A DNA stretch of 64,000 bases from Basidiobolus meristosporus CBS 931.73. Lineage: Eukaryota > Fungi > Basidiobolomycota. The notes beneath the pieces were generated by a model. The model worked only from the letters and a program-made list of their open reading frames with translations, ran no database searches and had not been told where the DNA came from. The position numbers and the translations under genes were made by a program. The DNA lies in contig MCFE01000094.1 in NCBI GenBank assembly GCA_002104905.1, forward strand, positions 110,872 to 174,871, read 5' to 3'. Below, piece by piece: positions 25,927 through 41,200 of this stretch. Each line of letters starts with the position of its first letter. Position 1 is the first letter of the stretch.

Positions 25927-28272
25927 ATGTCAGGCTCGTTTGAATCCCTAATCACTAGTTACAATCTATTTCATACGCCAGCCTCAGGTTGCGCTCATCT
26001 AGAAACCTGCAAAAATGAGATTTTGGAGGCATACAGGATTTTAGTAAGATACACCTACTGGTGTCGCTACCATAGCACTATTTCGAAATTAGCACACGAC
26101 GAGTCAGGGAAAAAGAGGAAGAGCCTTTCCATAGAGGTAAGAGTTGATGGTTTTCTTGTGCCACTCGTGTAGTTTCTTCTATTTTCCCTTGCCTAATATT
26201 CTCTTGGTATATTGTTGCAACGTCAGCTCCCATTTTCTGTTTGTTCGGATTGCCGTTATACAGTAGGACGTGTTCATGGTTGCTTACATTGTTCATATCT
26301 TGGTTGTTGGAATCGAAGTCATCTCCAAGTTCATTTGATTGACAAGGACCACATATTTGGTACACAGCATTCGTTATTTTACAACGTTCATAGCTAACAC
26401 AACCAATGACAAATATCTAGCAATGGACCTGAATAGGTTCACTGTATATTGCAACAACTGTGACGATTACATATATGATATTGAATTTGATCGGGTTCAT
26501 GACGAGGAGAAGCTTCATACCTATACACTTGTATCTAAATATATAGGTATTTGATAGTTTTGTACGAAGTATGGGCATTTTATTAACATCCCTTTCCTTT
26601 TGAAGAACCCCACGTTAAAAGAACACGTTACATTGAGTGGCGACCTAACGACGCTGAAATAACGGCGCTAAGGAACCAAGCAACGATGAAAAGATGTGAA
26701 GGTGTACCCATTTTCAGAATGCGCCAGACCCTTAAGTCGACTAAACTAAACTAAACTAATCATAGGTTTAAGAGGGCTTCGTAACCTTGGCAGCACATGC
26801 TTTATGAACGTTATCATTCAAGTGTTTGTTCATAATCCGCTACTGCGTGCCTATTACTTATGTGATAAACATAATGCCGCAGCATGCACCAAAAAGCCAT
26901 GCCTTTCTTGCGAGATGGACAAACTATTCAATGAAGTACACTTCTACTTTTTTGGTTTGTTCTTTTTCCATGACTAATCATCGCTGTGAAGCTTTACTCT
27001 GGAAAAAAAGAGCCTTATGGACCGTGCACATTTCTCCACTGTATGTGGCTTTCATCTACAGAATTAGCCGGATATGCACAACAAGATGCGCACGAATTTT
27101 TCATATCCGCGTTGAACCAAATTCACACAAGTACTGAAGGCACGTAATCTCATGACTCACCTTCCATTCGATCACCACTTATTCTTTAGCTATAGGAAGC
27201 AAAAACCAGGACTGTCGGTGTATTGTCCATCAAACATTTGCTGGAGTACTTCAATCGGATGTAACCTGTCAGAAATGTGGAAACATTACCACTGCATACG
27301 ATCCTGTGTTGGACGTGTCCCTTGATGTAAAGGCTACCACACGCAAGAAAAAATCGCTCCGACGCGAGGACGTTTCCTATTCCTTACTCGATTGTCTTAG
27401 CAGATACACATACCCCGAAAAACTCGGTCCGAAAGACTACAGCTGCAGCAAATGCGGCAATACTTTCCAGGTGAAAGGCGGCGCTTTCGTTTTTTATATA
27501 ACAGGTCGCTAATATATTTTTCTGCCGGAAAATTCTTAGGAAGCCACAAAGCAGCTTTCTTTCAAAGCTTTGCCACCTATTTTAAGCATTCAGCTCAAGG
27601 TAGCGTAGTGTAGAGCTACTACAGATCATCGTCAAAATCAACACATTCTCTTTTTTTTAGCGATTCGAACACACTTCCAGTGCTAGCAAGATTGAAAGTT
27701 TAATCCGAATTCCTCATGAACTGGATATGACTCCATATACATCAGTAGGCCGTGAGATTCGGGCAAAGAACCAACCAGAGTACTGTGGCGTTTAGTTGTG
27801 TGTGATAGTCTTCGGTTGATTAATGATAAGTTGTAGAGTTCCACTACCAAGTTTGAAATACAAGCTATTTGCGGTTGTGAACCATGAAGGAAAGCTCGAT
27901 ACTGGACACTACACTGTTGCAATACGACACCGTGAAGAAGTAAGTACTTTGAACAAGAACTGGCGTAAAACCAGCATTATTTAACTTCTTTACCAGTGGT
28001 TTCGGTTTGATGACCACATGATTAATTTAGCACAATCCTCAGATATCGTTAGCAACAAGGCGTATGTATCCAAGTAATTTCACCAAACATTTTGGATACT
28101 CACCTTCCCTCTTAGGTACATGTGCCTGTATATCAAAGACATCCTAGACTATAGCCCACCTTATGTTGAAGAGGAGGAGATAGACAAGGAAGAGGAGGTC
28201 GAACTGAAGGGATCCATCGGCTCGATTTCCAGCTCTAGTTTTGTAATAAAGAATGAAAACGACACCGTTTGA
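25927..28272 (+). CDS. UBP8: Ubiquitin carboxyl-terminal hydrolase, SAGA deubiquitinase Ubp8/USP22-like; multi-exon
   Basis: zf-UBP (CSDC...HGCLHCSYLGCW...HLQVH; VYCNNCDDYIYD), Cys box GLRNLGSTCFMNVIIQ, DPVLDVSLD, LSIQLKRFEH, His box AVVNHEGKLDTGHYT, WFRFDD. Confidence 0.92.
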
Positions 28273-28541
28273 GCCTCGTCACACATCCGCTCACATACCA
28301 TTCCTACGCCACATATGGCCGAAATAAAGGGATCATGCTGCTGATCAATCTAGGGCCTCATCAATTTTTTCGATTTGAGGGTACAACAGTGGAGGTCAAT
28401 GAGGGATAGGGATAGCCAAGTTGAATTTACTTATAAAATTTTTGACACTCATGTTTGTTCCCTCTTTTAATCTCCTGTCTAGTCGAAGTCAAGATCTTTT
28501 GTACTTGATTCTATTCTAATAGGAAGAGAAACATAATCATC

Positions 28542-29227
28542 ATGAGCACTTTCGAAAAGGTTTCCTATTTGACATTGAATGGATGTATCTCACTCATCGA
28601 TGGATATACTAACTAGCCCTGTTGCAAAATAATTAGGTTGTTGTTATCGATGGTAGAGGTCATCTTCTTGGCCGCCTTGCCTCCATCATCTCCAAACAAA
28701 TCCTCAATGGACAAAAGGTCGTTGTTGTCCGTTGTGAAGAGTTGAATGTTACTGGTTCTTTCTTCAGAAATAAGATCAAGTATCACGCTTTCCTCCGTAA
28801 GCGTTGCGTTGTCAATCCTTCCAAGGGCCCCTATCATTTCCGTGCTCCTTCTCGTATCCTCTGGCGCACTATTCGCGGAATGATCCCTCATAAGACTGCT
28901 CGTGGTACTGCTGCTATGGAACGTCTTAAGCTCTTTGAGGGTGTTCCTCCCCCATATGACACCATGAAGCGTATGGTTGTTCCCGCCGCTCTTCGTGTTC
29001 TTCGCCTCAAGCCTGGTCGCAAATACACCACCGTGAGCCGCTTGAGCAGCGAGGTTGGATGGAAATACGAGGATGTCGTCAAGAAGCTTGAGGAGAAGCG
29101 CAAGGTTAAGTCCAAGGCTTATTATGAGCGTAAGAAGGCTATCCTTAACTTGAAGGCTAAGGCTGCTGCCTCTAAGGCTGAGGATTTGAAGAGCATTAAC
29201 GAATCACTAGCTGCTTATGGCTATTAA
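28542..29227 (+). CDS. RPL16: 60S ribosomal protein uL13 (L16/L13a); 2 exons
   Basis: MSTFEK|...[34 protein letters not shown]...[27 protein letters not shown]...LRLKPGRKY; strongly biased codon usage. Confidence 0.97.
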
Positions 29228-29967
29228 CTCGCTAACTCCAATAGCCCCTTTTCCGCGTGAATAAAATAGTTTGACATTTGGCATTCTTTAAGTTCGTGGA
29301 TCTTCGCTCTTGTCTTGGCCAGTATCCTCAATAGGATTCATAGAGTCAGTTTCTAAGTGAACAGTATGTATCCAGGTAGAACGGTGTTGACAAATTTGGA
29401 CTGGTCAGAAGTCTGGACAACGAAGAGATTTCCTATTGCCTAGCCTAATGATTCCATTGCGACCACGAGATAGTCGAAATGGGCAATACTAGTCAAAATT
29501 GTTTTCATCCAATTTCGAGGTGATTTAGTATACCAAGCCCAACAAGTGATGAAAACAGTAGCTTCCCGTATTTCGAGGTGTGCATATAGTGTATGCTCTT
29601 TGCATCATATTCAGACTTCTACCTTGTCCTCAATCACCTAATCGGATGATCTTGTTGCAAACAATAAGTTTATCATTCAGGTTTTTTTTCATCCAATATA
29701 GCTACTATTTTCAATTGCAAACCAGATTTGGCGGAAAGTTCGCTTAAATAAGGATGGCCATTCAAACAACCATTTCCTATCGTGACAAAAGAAGCTGTCG
29801 ATAAAGGGTGTTTTGCAAGTTACTAACAGCAAACCTCGGAAAGATACTTTTTATTGACTGTTATCACGACCTACACTGTGTTGTAGTATTTGAATAGTTA
29901 GGTACTTTTTCGTAACAGCCATCCAACAAGCATTTTGTGCTTATTATTCATATTAAATCAGGGTATA

Positions 29968-31662
29968 ATGAGTGAACAGAAAACTGATTCCTCTCGGCCA
30001 AAGCACAATGAGGTACATGGCTCACTCGAGAATTTCCGTCAAATTGGTTCCTTTCACTCCCAGCCGCCAGCTGTAGGGCGACTGGGTTCAATTAGAGCAA
30101 AAAATTACACAAAGACCGGAACTCAAAAGGTTTGCTTTATTCACAATCTTTGATATTCATCCAAAAATATGTATAGTTTCTCTTGAAATCACCTTCAATG
30201 AGGACTATGTAGAATATATAGAATTCTGTAACTTGAGAAATATTTTGGTATAAACGTAGTAACTTGGCTTTATTTTCCTGCTTTGCCATCTCATTTCAAA
30301 ACTTGAAAACCTCCAACAGATGAAATTTACGCCTACCGTACCTTTAAAACGTAACAAGAAAGAGAGGTAGGTGACCATGGAATAAATCCAACCTACGAAC
30401 ATTCATTCTAGACTGGCTGCTCATTACTTCATACACCTGGTGTATCGCTTCAGCGATTCAATCTCAAACTCACTTAGTTAACGTCATGTTTTCTAAAATC
30501 TAGCACTCCTTCCCTTCTCGAAAATGCTATGTCAAACAAATCGGTATATTGTTTCATCGATTTTCCTATAGTGTGTGGTTATTTACACATTTTCGTTATA
30601 GGAAACTACCTCCACGCAAAGAAGAGGGCGTGGTCGGGGAAGAGGTTTGCTATCATGGTTATTTAATGTATAAATATACTCAAAAGTATAACATGTACAA
30701 GCAAAAGGTCGAGCAAAAGAGATGGTATTAACTGCATCTGGGCCATTTTCTATGGGACCCACTGTACAAGGTAAGTCGGTAAAATTTGGTGTCGCTGATG
30801 ATACATTACTTACAGCTACTAGTTGCAGGAAGTAAAGGCTATAAAAGTGGCGCCGAAAATAGTCGAGAAATATTAGTTAGACCATCTGGCAGTAATATCA
30901 CAGTTTCAGAATCCTACGACGACAAAGCTAAATACGAAGAGAGTGACGATGAGGGAAACACATTTTTTGTTGATCAAAATGAGTGGACGCCAATAATGCT
31001 CCCTGCAACACATGTTGACGATAAGGGGGAAAATGAAAACAACTTGGACCAACTGGCTGGAGGTCAGGAACAAGTCATAGCTATGGAGGTGGATGAAGAG
31101 AAACCCGAACCAGTACAAAGTCTCCTTGATATAATCATGAAGGAGCAGAATGTAAGTACCTCCCATCACGCTTTCCATCATACACTGTTTCATAATATCC
31201 ATTAATAAGGCATCTGGCGAGGCTGGAGAGGAAAAATTACTCTTCTTCCAATTTCCATCACAGTTCCCTGATCTAGCGGAATCGACAAGCTTCATTAAAC
31301 AAGAGAGTGAAGATGCTGTACAAATGAATAGTGAGCCAGCTGATAAAATGTATGATGGCACTTCAAGAGACGAGAGTAAAATTGAGAAATCGGCTGAGGG
31401 ATTAATGGGCAAGTTACTGGTATACAAGTCTGGAAAAATGCAAATCAAAATTGGTGACATATATTTGGATGTAAGGAGCCTAATCTATTACTCATTTCTC
31501 GGACATACTCTAACTCTTCTGATCTAGCTAAATTCAGGCTTAGATTGCAGTTTTGCGCAGAATGTTGTTGCGGTGGATTCTGACAATAAGCAGGCGTTTG
31601 TCATGGGCGGCATCCACAAACGTCTAATTTGCACACCTAATATGGATTCGCTTCTATCCTAA
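29968..31662 (+). CDS. RPC53: RNA polymerase III subunit RPC4 (Rpc53/POLR3D); multi-exon
   Basis: KFTPTVPLKR near the N-terminus; C-terminal RPC4 domain LLFFQFPSQFP...GLMGKLLVYKSGKMQIKIGDIYLD|...GLDCSFAQNVVAV...FVMGGIHKRLICTPNM. Confidence 0.88.
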
Positions 31663-31991
31663 AACCACATCTCTTAGAAGACAATAAAGCAACCCAACCT
31701 TATAACACTATACATTTCGATGGAATCATTTCGACGCAATCAGTGGCTACCGCAGTGGCCGCCAAACCATACAATGATTTGATGGCTGGGCGTTCTGGAA
31801 TATAGGTGTATGTGTCATGTAATCTATTGATATAAAAGTGTAATTTGCATATAATCCAAAGCCAATACGTTTCAAAGGTTTGATTCGTTAATCTAATAAA
31901 TTGGTTTGAATGCTTATATTTGAAGTATTTCCCAAGCGGGTTATTCACTCATCCTTTCTCCTCTAATCCTTTTATAAAATTTTCTTTCGCC

Positions 31992-32426
31992 ATGAACATC
32001 ACTCACTTTTTGGTGCTGGTATTTGCTTGTGCCACCGTTATGCTGAATCTCATCGTAGTCAGCAGAGCCGGTACTGCATGCACAAATAGAAATCCCGAGG
32101 ATCATCGATACATAATACTGTTAAAAAAGAATCAATCAAGCGAACAATGTAAGAGAGGTTCCACTTCTCCCAAAGGATTGAATACTAACTTTTAGATATC
32201 AGTTGAGGCTTATCTTGCAGGAAGAATCCAGACATACAACCATAGTGGTAACGAGTGCTTTCAAAACTCATTCGAAACATTAGCTGATATGAAAGATACA
32301 CACATCTACCTTGCACGTATCGATGAGCAAATTGTCGCTGAGCTGAAGAGAAGGCCTGATGTAGAATCTGTGGAAAAAGATGGTATTGTAACAGCTACAA
32401 ATCCAAGCCCAACCGGCAATGTGTAG
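31992..32426 (+). CDS. Small secreted peptidase inhibitor I9-domain protein; 2 exons
   Basis: Signal peptide, YIILLKK, then after a GT-AG intron ...IYLARIDEQIVAELKRRPDVESVEKDGIV, the subtilisin-propeptide/I9 signature, with no protease domain following. Confidence 0.75.
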
Positions 32427-33566
32427 ACTGATTTAGCAGATGCCTATCTTACTTCGATAACTGCAGAGCTTCAACATACTCTTTCTGTATCATAACCCAG
32501 ACTTTACTCAAAAGATTTTCTATCGAATGGCAGCTTCATTACAACCCAGAATCTTTGAAACGGTCATACAAAAGCACCACCGCAATTCAATAAATTTTAT
32601 CCGTCTTGAATGTTGAATATGTATGGGAGGATCTGCATAGAGGACAGGGAGTTTGAAATCCAAAAACTCCGGATATCAATCCATGTGGCTGACATTCCAC
32701 AACCCTAGTACATGCATACTGCACTACCGGAGACTGGCCATTTTGTATCGATTGAATACATAGTCAGGATCTTCAAAAATGTTGATTCTGCAAAAAGCAG
32801 TCCGTGGGAAAGTGTCCGATGTTGGGAGTAAGAATTATTTTGATCAATTTGCTAAATCACTATTAAAGTCTAGCAAATGAACTGGGGATAGAGATGCTAA
32901 AACTAAATGATACAACGAAGATAGCAGTGAAAATAGCCAACTCTGATGGTCTCACATACTTGGTTGATAACCGAGAGCGATAACTGGCCTAAATCCTGTT
33001 GAGCAAGATGCTTCGTGATCACCGATTGTACACCATAAATGAGAGGTGATTGTCTATATCAAGTAGCGGTCATCAAAGATGGATAGAAGATCTCTAATTT
33101 AACAGCAGTTTATCTGTTCAAATCATTGATCTAGTATTACTCATAATTCATCCAAGGTGCTGGTCACCAAGCTATAGGCAAATACCAATTGTATGTCACT
33201 AATCTCGATTTTCATATTATAGATTTTAAATGAAATATAACATTTATTTGTGACAGTGTGCCAATCTACAGGGATATGTGGTATCACAATTCCGAGTTGT
33301 TCAATTGAAAAAAGCGCTGCTTCTCTGGTACTATGTTTAACGGCGTATCAGCCTATACATTTCTACATGTTGGTAGAGCTGATTTGATTTCAACTACAAT
33401 AGGGAATCGTCTATAAAGATTAATAAAAACTTGCAGTTAAAGGGAAATGCCGATTAAGGGCCCGGCTGCAACAAAGGAAATTGAAAGAAGTGCTGGGTAG
33501 ATAAATGATAATATATATACGGGACAACCAGGACACGATATCAGAGTACTGTATGTTGCACCATTC

Positions 33567-34605
33567 TTATTTTCTAATCAAGCGTAGGAACTCCTCGCGT
33601 GTCTTTGGATCACTCTTGAATACACCGAGCATGGAGCTGGTGACAGTGGAGCTAGTGGGCTTCTGAACTCCACGCATTACCATGCAAAGATGACTGATAA
33701 GAGCACATGTGTTAATAATCGGCAAACTTGTGAGACTATCATTCGCAAAGCCACATACCTGCATTCGATGACAACCGCAACTCCTTGTGGTCTGAGAATT
33801 TCTTGAAGACATGTGGCAATCTGTTTGGTTAAACGCTCTTGGACTTGGAGGCGTCTGCTAAACATTTCAGCAATACGAGCAAGCTTGCTCAAACCAAGCA
33901 CCTTTCGGTTAGGAATATATCCAATATGCACCTAGGATACCAATCAACTTGTGAGTAGACAGACCAGAATTCCAACGATGCTTCCTATGTTCTTCGCATA
34001 CCTTCCCGGTAAAAGGAACCATATGGTGTTCACATAGGGAAAAAATATCAATATCACGAACAATAACCATTTCCTCGTGGTCTTTAAGATGGGTTAGTGT
34101 TAACAGCAAATAATCAAAGGCTATTGAAAATAGGGCGTCACCTTCATCAAATACTGCCTCGTTAACAAGGTCTATGAAACAAAATGTTACAAGGTTGCCT
34201 TTACTGGATGAATACGACAAGATACTTACCACGAATGTTTTGCTCGTAGCCCTGGGAGAAAAACATCAACGCTTTGGCATACCTCTCCGGGGTCTTTACA
34301 AGGCCTTCCCTATGAGGGTCCTCGCCAATGCAGTCCAGTATAGTTCTAACTGCATCAGAGATCTTCTGGAGCCTGGCCTCTTTCTGAGCGGTAGTTTCCT
34401 CCAGACGAGCCTTGGTTCCAAGGCCTATTGGAGAGACAGGACAACTTAACGAGACTTTCTACAACGTTATTCAGATTTACTACTTACTTGGATAGCTCAA
34501 ACCGTCCAAATCGATGGGTGAGTCTACTCGAGGAATAGGAGAAGATATCCTGCTATGCTCAGAGGAAGTAGTTCCGTTGGTTTTCTTTTCGTTGTGTGCA
34601 GACAT
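33567..34605 (-). CDS. FOL2: GTP cyclohydrolase I; multi-exon
   Basis: [83 protein letters not shown]...[19 protein letters not shown]. Confidence 0.96.
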
Positions 34606-35269
34606 ACTTTTGCTGCTGAGAGTCTACGAAACGTGGGCTTAAATAGAAGTTTAACAGTTTGAAATTCCGGACCACACCACAATCCTGATATTACTAAACT
34701 AGAAAAAAAATAGAGTAGATTCCCACCATTCAACCTATAATCAGTGATGTCCAACGAATCCGATCTTCCTCAAAGCTAGAGCCCACTCACCAATCATCAT
34801 TGGTAGCGCCAGCCTCTCCGGAATTATCGTTTCATCAAACCGTGAGAGTCTGAGCGGCTCCGACCAATCACACGAGTGCACCCTCCAAGCTTGACTGTTA
34901 CTCATTCAAATTTGATCTAGTTGGGTTGCTTGTCATCAGTTTGAGTCATGATAAAAGGAAAGGAAAAGCGAAGAGTCCATCTTCACATCATGGTGAAGAT
35001 CTGAATGGCCATTTATTCCACTTGATCTTGATTGAATAAAAGTGGTATATTCAGCATAAACTTGGTACACGTTAAAGCCAAATAAAGCTCTGATTATTTC
35101 CAATCGGATGTGGGGAATTGGGACCCAGTCCATTCCACATTGCTCCGAGTGGAATGTACTTGCCAAGTACGCCCTGAGGTTCTTTAAGGCTTGCCTCAAC
35201 TACGCACTACTTCACCCGTCTCCAACTCCACCACTATCAGAAACCGCCTGCGAGCACTGAGACTTTCCC

Positions 35270-38200
35270 ATGTCGACTTCACTAGATGTAATGCGCAAAA
35301 GAGCCTACAGCTTGTTATTGCACCTTGGAACCAAAAGGCATCCAGAGGTAAGTGTAATGGGCAGGGTGTGTGAATGGTACGCTGCATAATTTATGAAGCT
35401 CTTGATGAATTAAAACAAGCGTTCTCAACCATGCTTTTCGTGATAGCATTTGAGGACTTCAAATAGCATATACAACTACGATGCCAAGGTGATTCTTCCG
35501 CGACTGATGGCTGCGCGCTGGAGCAAGCCATGCTAGCTCTCGTAAGAAACATAGTATTTGCACCTACGAATCACAGGATCGCCAGCTGACTGCACAGCGA
35601 GAGTAATCTCGAAGTTCGATAGTACTACTCTCATCTCGAATGATCACTTTGGTATTGGCCACATTTACCTTGTACACTTCGGTATACTTTTTTTCACATT
35701 TCCCTAATTTTCATGCAATCAAAGCTTACTTTAACTGTATGGATTCAAAAGAATTGATCATTGCAGAATCGCGGGATTGGTAAATACGGCTGTGTACCAG
35801 AAATCATTTCAATGCTTTGTTCGCCTGCGGCGATGGTACATCTTGAAGCGTATACATAGACCCTTATTAGTGCGTTACTACCCTTATCATCAACTGCCTT
35901 ACATACTTGCATGTATGTGTGAATATGATGTCGGATTACAGATAGCATTGTATCCTAGCCTCTCGATTGGAAAATCCTAACCATCATGGGAAATAGTTAC
36001 ATGTGATACCAATTGGATGGAGGCAAAAATAATGGGGAAAAGATTGATAAAGGCACCCTATTTCTGCCTCTTTTAGTTGAATCAATTTCAAATGTATAAA
36101 TGAATTATAGTTATCCACTAATACGACGCGCATTTTGTACAGACCAGACAATCCAGCTTGCATATTCATTAACGGAAATTGCCTTGTATTCAATTTTCAC
36201 CACTTGTCGCTAATGTTAGTCCTTCTTACGGATGGATCTTAAAGAAGGTATATATATATGTATTTTCAAATACCTGTTCGTCCCCAAAAGTCTAACGATA
36301 TTTTATCATTTCCTAAGAAATTGCTCCCGCGCCCAGCAAATCTGAAGATACCTCAACACCAAAAATACACCCAGCATCATCTACCTCAACACCCAATGAA
36401 GATGATAGTATCGAAAGCTCTTTCACCTTCTCTCATACAAAGACAGGAAAGCTCTCACAGCATTCTGACTGGTCGGTTACTCAAGTAGACACTGGTACCA
36501 AGGAAGGGTTTGCAAAATACAAAAGAGATGGCCCTCGAGCGCTGAAAATTTCGATTCATCCTACAAAATCAGCAGAGCAGCATTTTCGACGAGAGTTAGA
36601 GAAAACCCTGAGCCCAAATACGAAATTCTCGAACTCTTATGTTAGCACTGCTAGTTGGAACCAAACCTCGATGGAGTACGATCCTTGGGCCCACGAAGTA
36701 ATGGACGTAGACAAGCTTAATAGTTCTGTGAAAACGAAACTCGACGACCTCAAATTCGTCTTGTACAAGTATCGTGAGCTGGAAGCGTTGCCGCTTTGCG
36801 CGGATATTTTAAATGAGCTTGCTGTACCATTTTATTCATCACCTATAAATGGTAATATACCCAGCAAGACCGTACGCATTGCAAACACTTATCTTCCGCG
36901 TCATTTATAGTCAACGAATGCATGAAGGCTCTTGATATTTACGAGTATATTCGCGTCAATTTTTCGGCATGTGGTCCTCAGGTAAGATGTTTTTTTGCGT
37001 ACTTAGAGAAGGGCTACTTATTGAGCCATTCTTTGAAATCGATTCAGAATTATTACAGCCAGATCATTTGGTGTTGCCAGCAACTTGTTGTGCCACAGCC
37101 AATTCTCAGAGTAAAGTGACCGCTCTTCCATGGATGATTTGTGGTTTTGTATTAATGGGTGTGCTCTTCAACTGTAGTTTCGGGTTGTGGCCTTGTTCGA
37201 AAAAATCTTCAACTCCATATTTACTTCGGCGTTGCATCCAATCCCCGCTAACGTTATATTTGTAATGGTCATCAATTGTGTGAAGTTGCTGGTGACAATC
37301 AAATCTTCCAACACCATATCGAACAATCAAATAGACAAAGGGCAAGATCGATTCATTCCTGACAAGATTCGCGACTTTTTCACAAGACTTTGCTCCGGTA
37401 GAACTGTTTCTGGTGCTCCGCTGAAGCCCGATGCGATCAAAAGCGAGGGCCACATAAGATCATATGGAGATGAGGTTCTAACAAAATACATACTGATCGA
37501 TGGCTTAGTGAGATGTTTAAGCTTTGAGGAAGCTGCGATGAAGGACGTAGTTTTGGATTTCTTAGCCGAGGTAAGATTTCCTTATGCTTTCTGTATAGAA
37601 GCTAACTCATCAACTAACCGAACCACAGTTCGTAACTCCTAAACTAGTGATAACCCCGTATTACGATCAGATTCTAAGTAAATTAGCAAGGATAAGTAAG
37701 TGTCGGTTTAGTACAGGCTGTAGGAAGTACAGAGACTAAATAACACTTAACTGTTCAGCGTCGAGCTTTCTTCTGAATGCTGATCTTCAAGATGTCAATA
37801 TCTCAGAGCTGTCCCAATCTTTCCGATGTAGATTGATATATTTTTTGGACTTAAATTTGCCACTGTCATACGAGAGGCTTTCGCCAACCACAGTGCAGCA
37901 TATCGCACAGGCATTCATTACCGGCTTATATCTCAAAGAAACCTTATCACCCCATCCAATCCAGCGCCGTGGGAGCAATTCACCACTATACGAGGAAGAG
38001 AAATTCTCTGGAAAAAACGGCAATGCTCAGCTTTCCACCCTAGAAAGATGCATTAAAGATAGACTGATCAGTATATGGAATGATGGCCATAAAGATGCCT
38101 TCGTCAAGTCTTTTCAAATGATGGTATTTACACCGCCGTATTTCAAAGTCGGACTTGTCTAACGAGTATAACGTATGTATTAGATTACCCGCATGCATAT

Positions 38201-41200
38201 TAATGAGATCGTTCCACTTTACTGGCAAGTTGCATTCGAGCTGAAGGACCATATCGGAAGTGATTTTGTTAAAGCAACATTGCCTTCCTTGTTCTCGGTA
38301 AGTGGGGCATTCTGAGTTCGCGATCAACTGGTTTATTCATAATATTGATTTTTGTAGAAGGTTGTTGGCTTACGCGTAATCGCAGAAGGGTCACTATCAT
38401 TACTTCTTCTTGAGCTGGCTCGTGTGTATCCTCAATCTTTCTATAAACCATTTCTGATATGCGCCAGTACCAACTCTTACAAGAAGATTGTAAAGTGCCT
38501 GCAATTACTAGACCAATTGAAAAGTCTTATTGGAGGCGAACGAATCTTCCTTCATGATGTTGACTTCGTGACTGTTTTACTGTTAAACAACGTCAACCTG
38601 GAGGTCTCCCATAGGCTATCACAAAATGGAAAGACTGAAGCATTAAGAGAGTCAAATCCGCCGATGTCTGACAATGTTACTCTTGGCCAGCTGATTATGG
38701 TCCAAGAATTTATATGGTTTTTACAAGATCTCAAGAAAGCCTCAAAAACATTCATGCTTTCGGACCCACAGTTAAACCGTCAAAGTCGCAAGTTATTAAT
38801 AGAGGTTGAAAAGAGGATATCTTTATATCTAGCAGCCTGGGAAGCCAGCCAGAGTATTGCTATTTCGATTCCTTTTCGAGTACTCTATTGCCAGTTACTG
38901 AAGGAGATTAGGCTTTTTTGTAAGCACACTACACGCCCTGCTTGGCTTCAACGCACAATTGCCTGGTTGAAAGAGTCGGATCTGACTCCTGTAGCACCGC
39001 ATCGAAAGAACTCTAGTGATATCTCATTTCACACTCATGACCAGATGGAGTTTACCATAACGAAGTTCCAAGAAATATACAAAGCGACGGTCCTGGATAA
39101 ACCTACGAGCGAGCACCCGCTCAGGAAAACTTGTAAAAACCAAACATCTTTTCGAGGTCTATCTAGGACCCCTCCTGAGTGGTGTCCAGTTTCTGCGGAT
39201 ACCCCAACTTCGGAACAGTTGAGCAATCCGACAGTTGTGCTTGCAAAGCTGGTGAATTCCAACAACCACCTGCAAATATCTTCGCGCTGTGATAAATTAG
39301 CCAAGGCTTCTTACGACCTCACCATAAATATTTTATCGTTGCTCGTCACCTCTCATATTTGTTTACACGAAGACGACTTACTTCTACTTTTGGACTATCT
39401 TTGGAGCCAAGGTATTATGGATGCACGACAGTCAAAGCTAGAGCTTGTCGCCTTCCTATTCAATTATTGTGGTGAGAAGGTGCCTGATGCGGTGACTCGG
39501 AGGTTTCATCAGTGTTTACACAATGGCGACAATGCTAAACTCGATGCCATTAGGAAGATGTACATTATCTTTAGTCAGCGAGGACGTATACATTCACAAC
39601 ACTACATCACAGATCAGCATCGACGAAAGCCCTTCAAGGCGGCTGGACACACTGTCACATTCGTGTCCACCGATCTGGGCTCGCCTACTTTCACAGCAAG
39701 TATCTCCTCGTGGCTTTCGGAGTTGAGTACAAGCAATATGTCTTGGAAAGAGCTTCAAACAATCCAGGAGCTTGGATGGAAAAAGGAAGACAGCTCCTCC
39801 AAGAGAGACATCAATATGTATGCCCTGACATTGTTGCCCACTGTCTTCTTCGACTACCAATTGGACTCAATTACTGCAGTAGAGAATAGCCACAAATCGC
39901 GAGCTGTGGTCGTTTCCTCGATTTTGGAGAATATGTCATTCAATTCAATCTATACCCTGTTCGACCCGCGGGTTGAGGTGAGTGTCTCAATGTGGGATTG
40001 CGTATCATACTTTACTCGAGATGATCCTAGTGTATTTCTACGAAAATATCTCGAGGGATTAAGCTCCCAATCCATTGAGCACCAGTGCGAGCTTCTTGGG
40101 AAGCTGAGGTCGCTGATTTTGTTTCAGAAGAAACATTCGCCATCGTTCACTTACATCCTTTTCAATTACCTAACTGGACTTTTGAAGTGGCATCATCGAG
40201 ACAACAGAGCCCATACGCTTCCCATGTTTGCCCACGTACTCCCAATAATCGCCGAGCTGATCCCATCCAGCAATGAGCTCTCTATACGCGAGTTCCGAAA
40301 AAATAAGATAGAGTGGTTCTTTAATCCGACCAGCGAGTTCTGGCCAGGTGATGACCCAAGCCTAGCATCTCCGGCAGATGTGGTGGCGCCCGGCCCCACC
40401 AGTTGTCCCTCAGAAATCCCAAACTGCACATTTCAGATGACCATGCTAAGAATTGCTCAGATACATTTCATGTTCAATTTTGTTTCACGCTATCCGCGAG
40501 AAGCCATCAACGTGAATCGGGTAGTAGAATCGTTCAGCCCCATTCCCTGGGAGAACAGAATACTCGAGTTCGACTGGGACGAGTTGAATAGTGAAGCAGG
40601 TTTTACGCAAAACCAGAATGAGTCGAAGATATCAAACATCATGGCATCTGGCCAAATACATGGGACGTTGAAATCCAACAATCAACTCAGATTGCTTTCG
40701 GCTCTGCAGTGCCGTGCTTGGATGCATTTCATGGAAACCATCGTCTTTGCCCTCCCTAATAATTTCAATGACCGGGAGGAGCTGGAGCGAATCCTTTCTG
40801 ATGTCAACAGCGTGCTCAAGTACCATGGGGATGATCTTGGTCTAGTCACCCAAGCGCTCGTGCTATACATCAATGTATCCGCCTCCTTTAGACGACTATT
40901 CACCTCCTCTCGAGGTTACCACCTCTTTGTCCCAGCGTTGTTCCAAGGCTATTTCGAGGCGTACCACTCACCGGCGGTGCAATCCAGTATAGAGTACGCA
41001 TGGGCTCGGTTCTATTCTCTACATGAGGATTCATTTATACTGCAGGCGCTAGGGTGCCTTGTTCCTATCATCCTCAAAGCACGCACCAAGGCTCCCAAGA
41101 TTGGCGCACTGATGACCAAATCGTTGTTCAAACTGTTTGGTGTCTTGGAGGAGCCTCCTCTCTCAGATCTAATGGGCATTGGCCAATCTGCCATGACACC

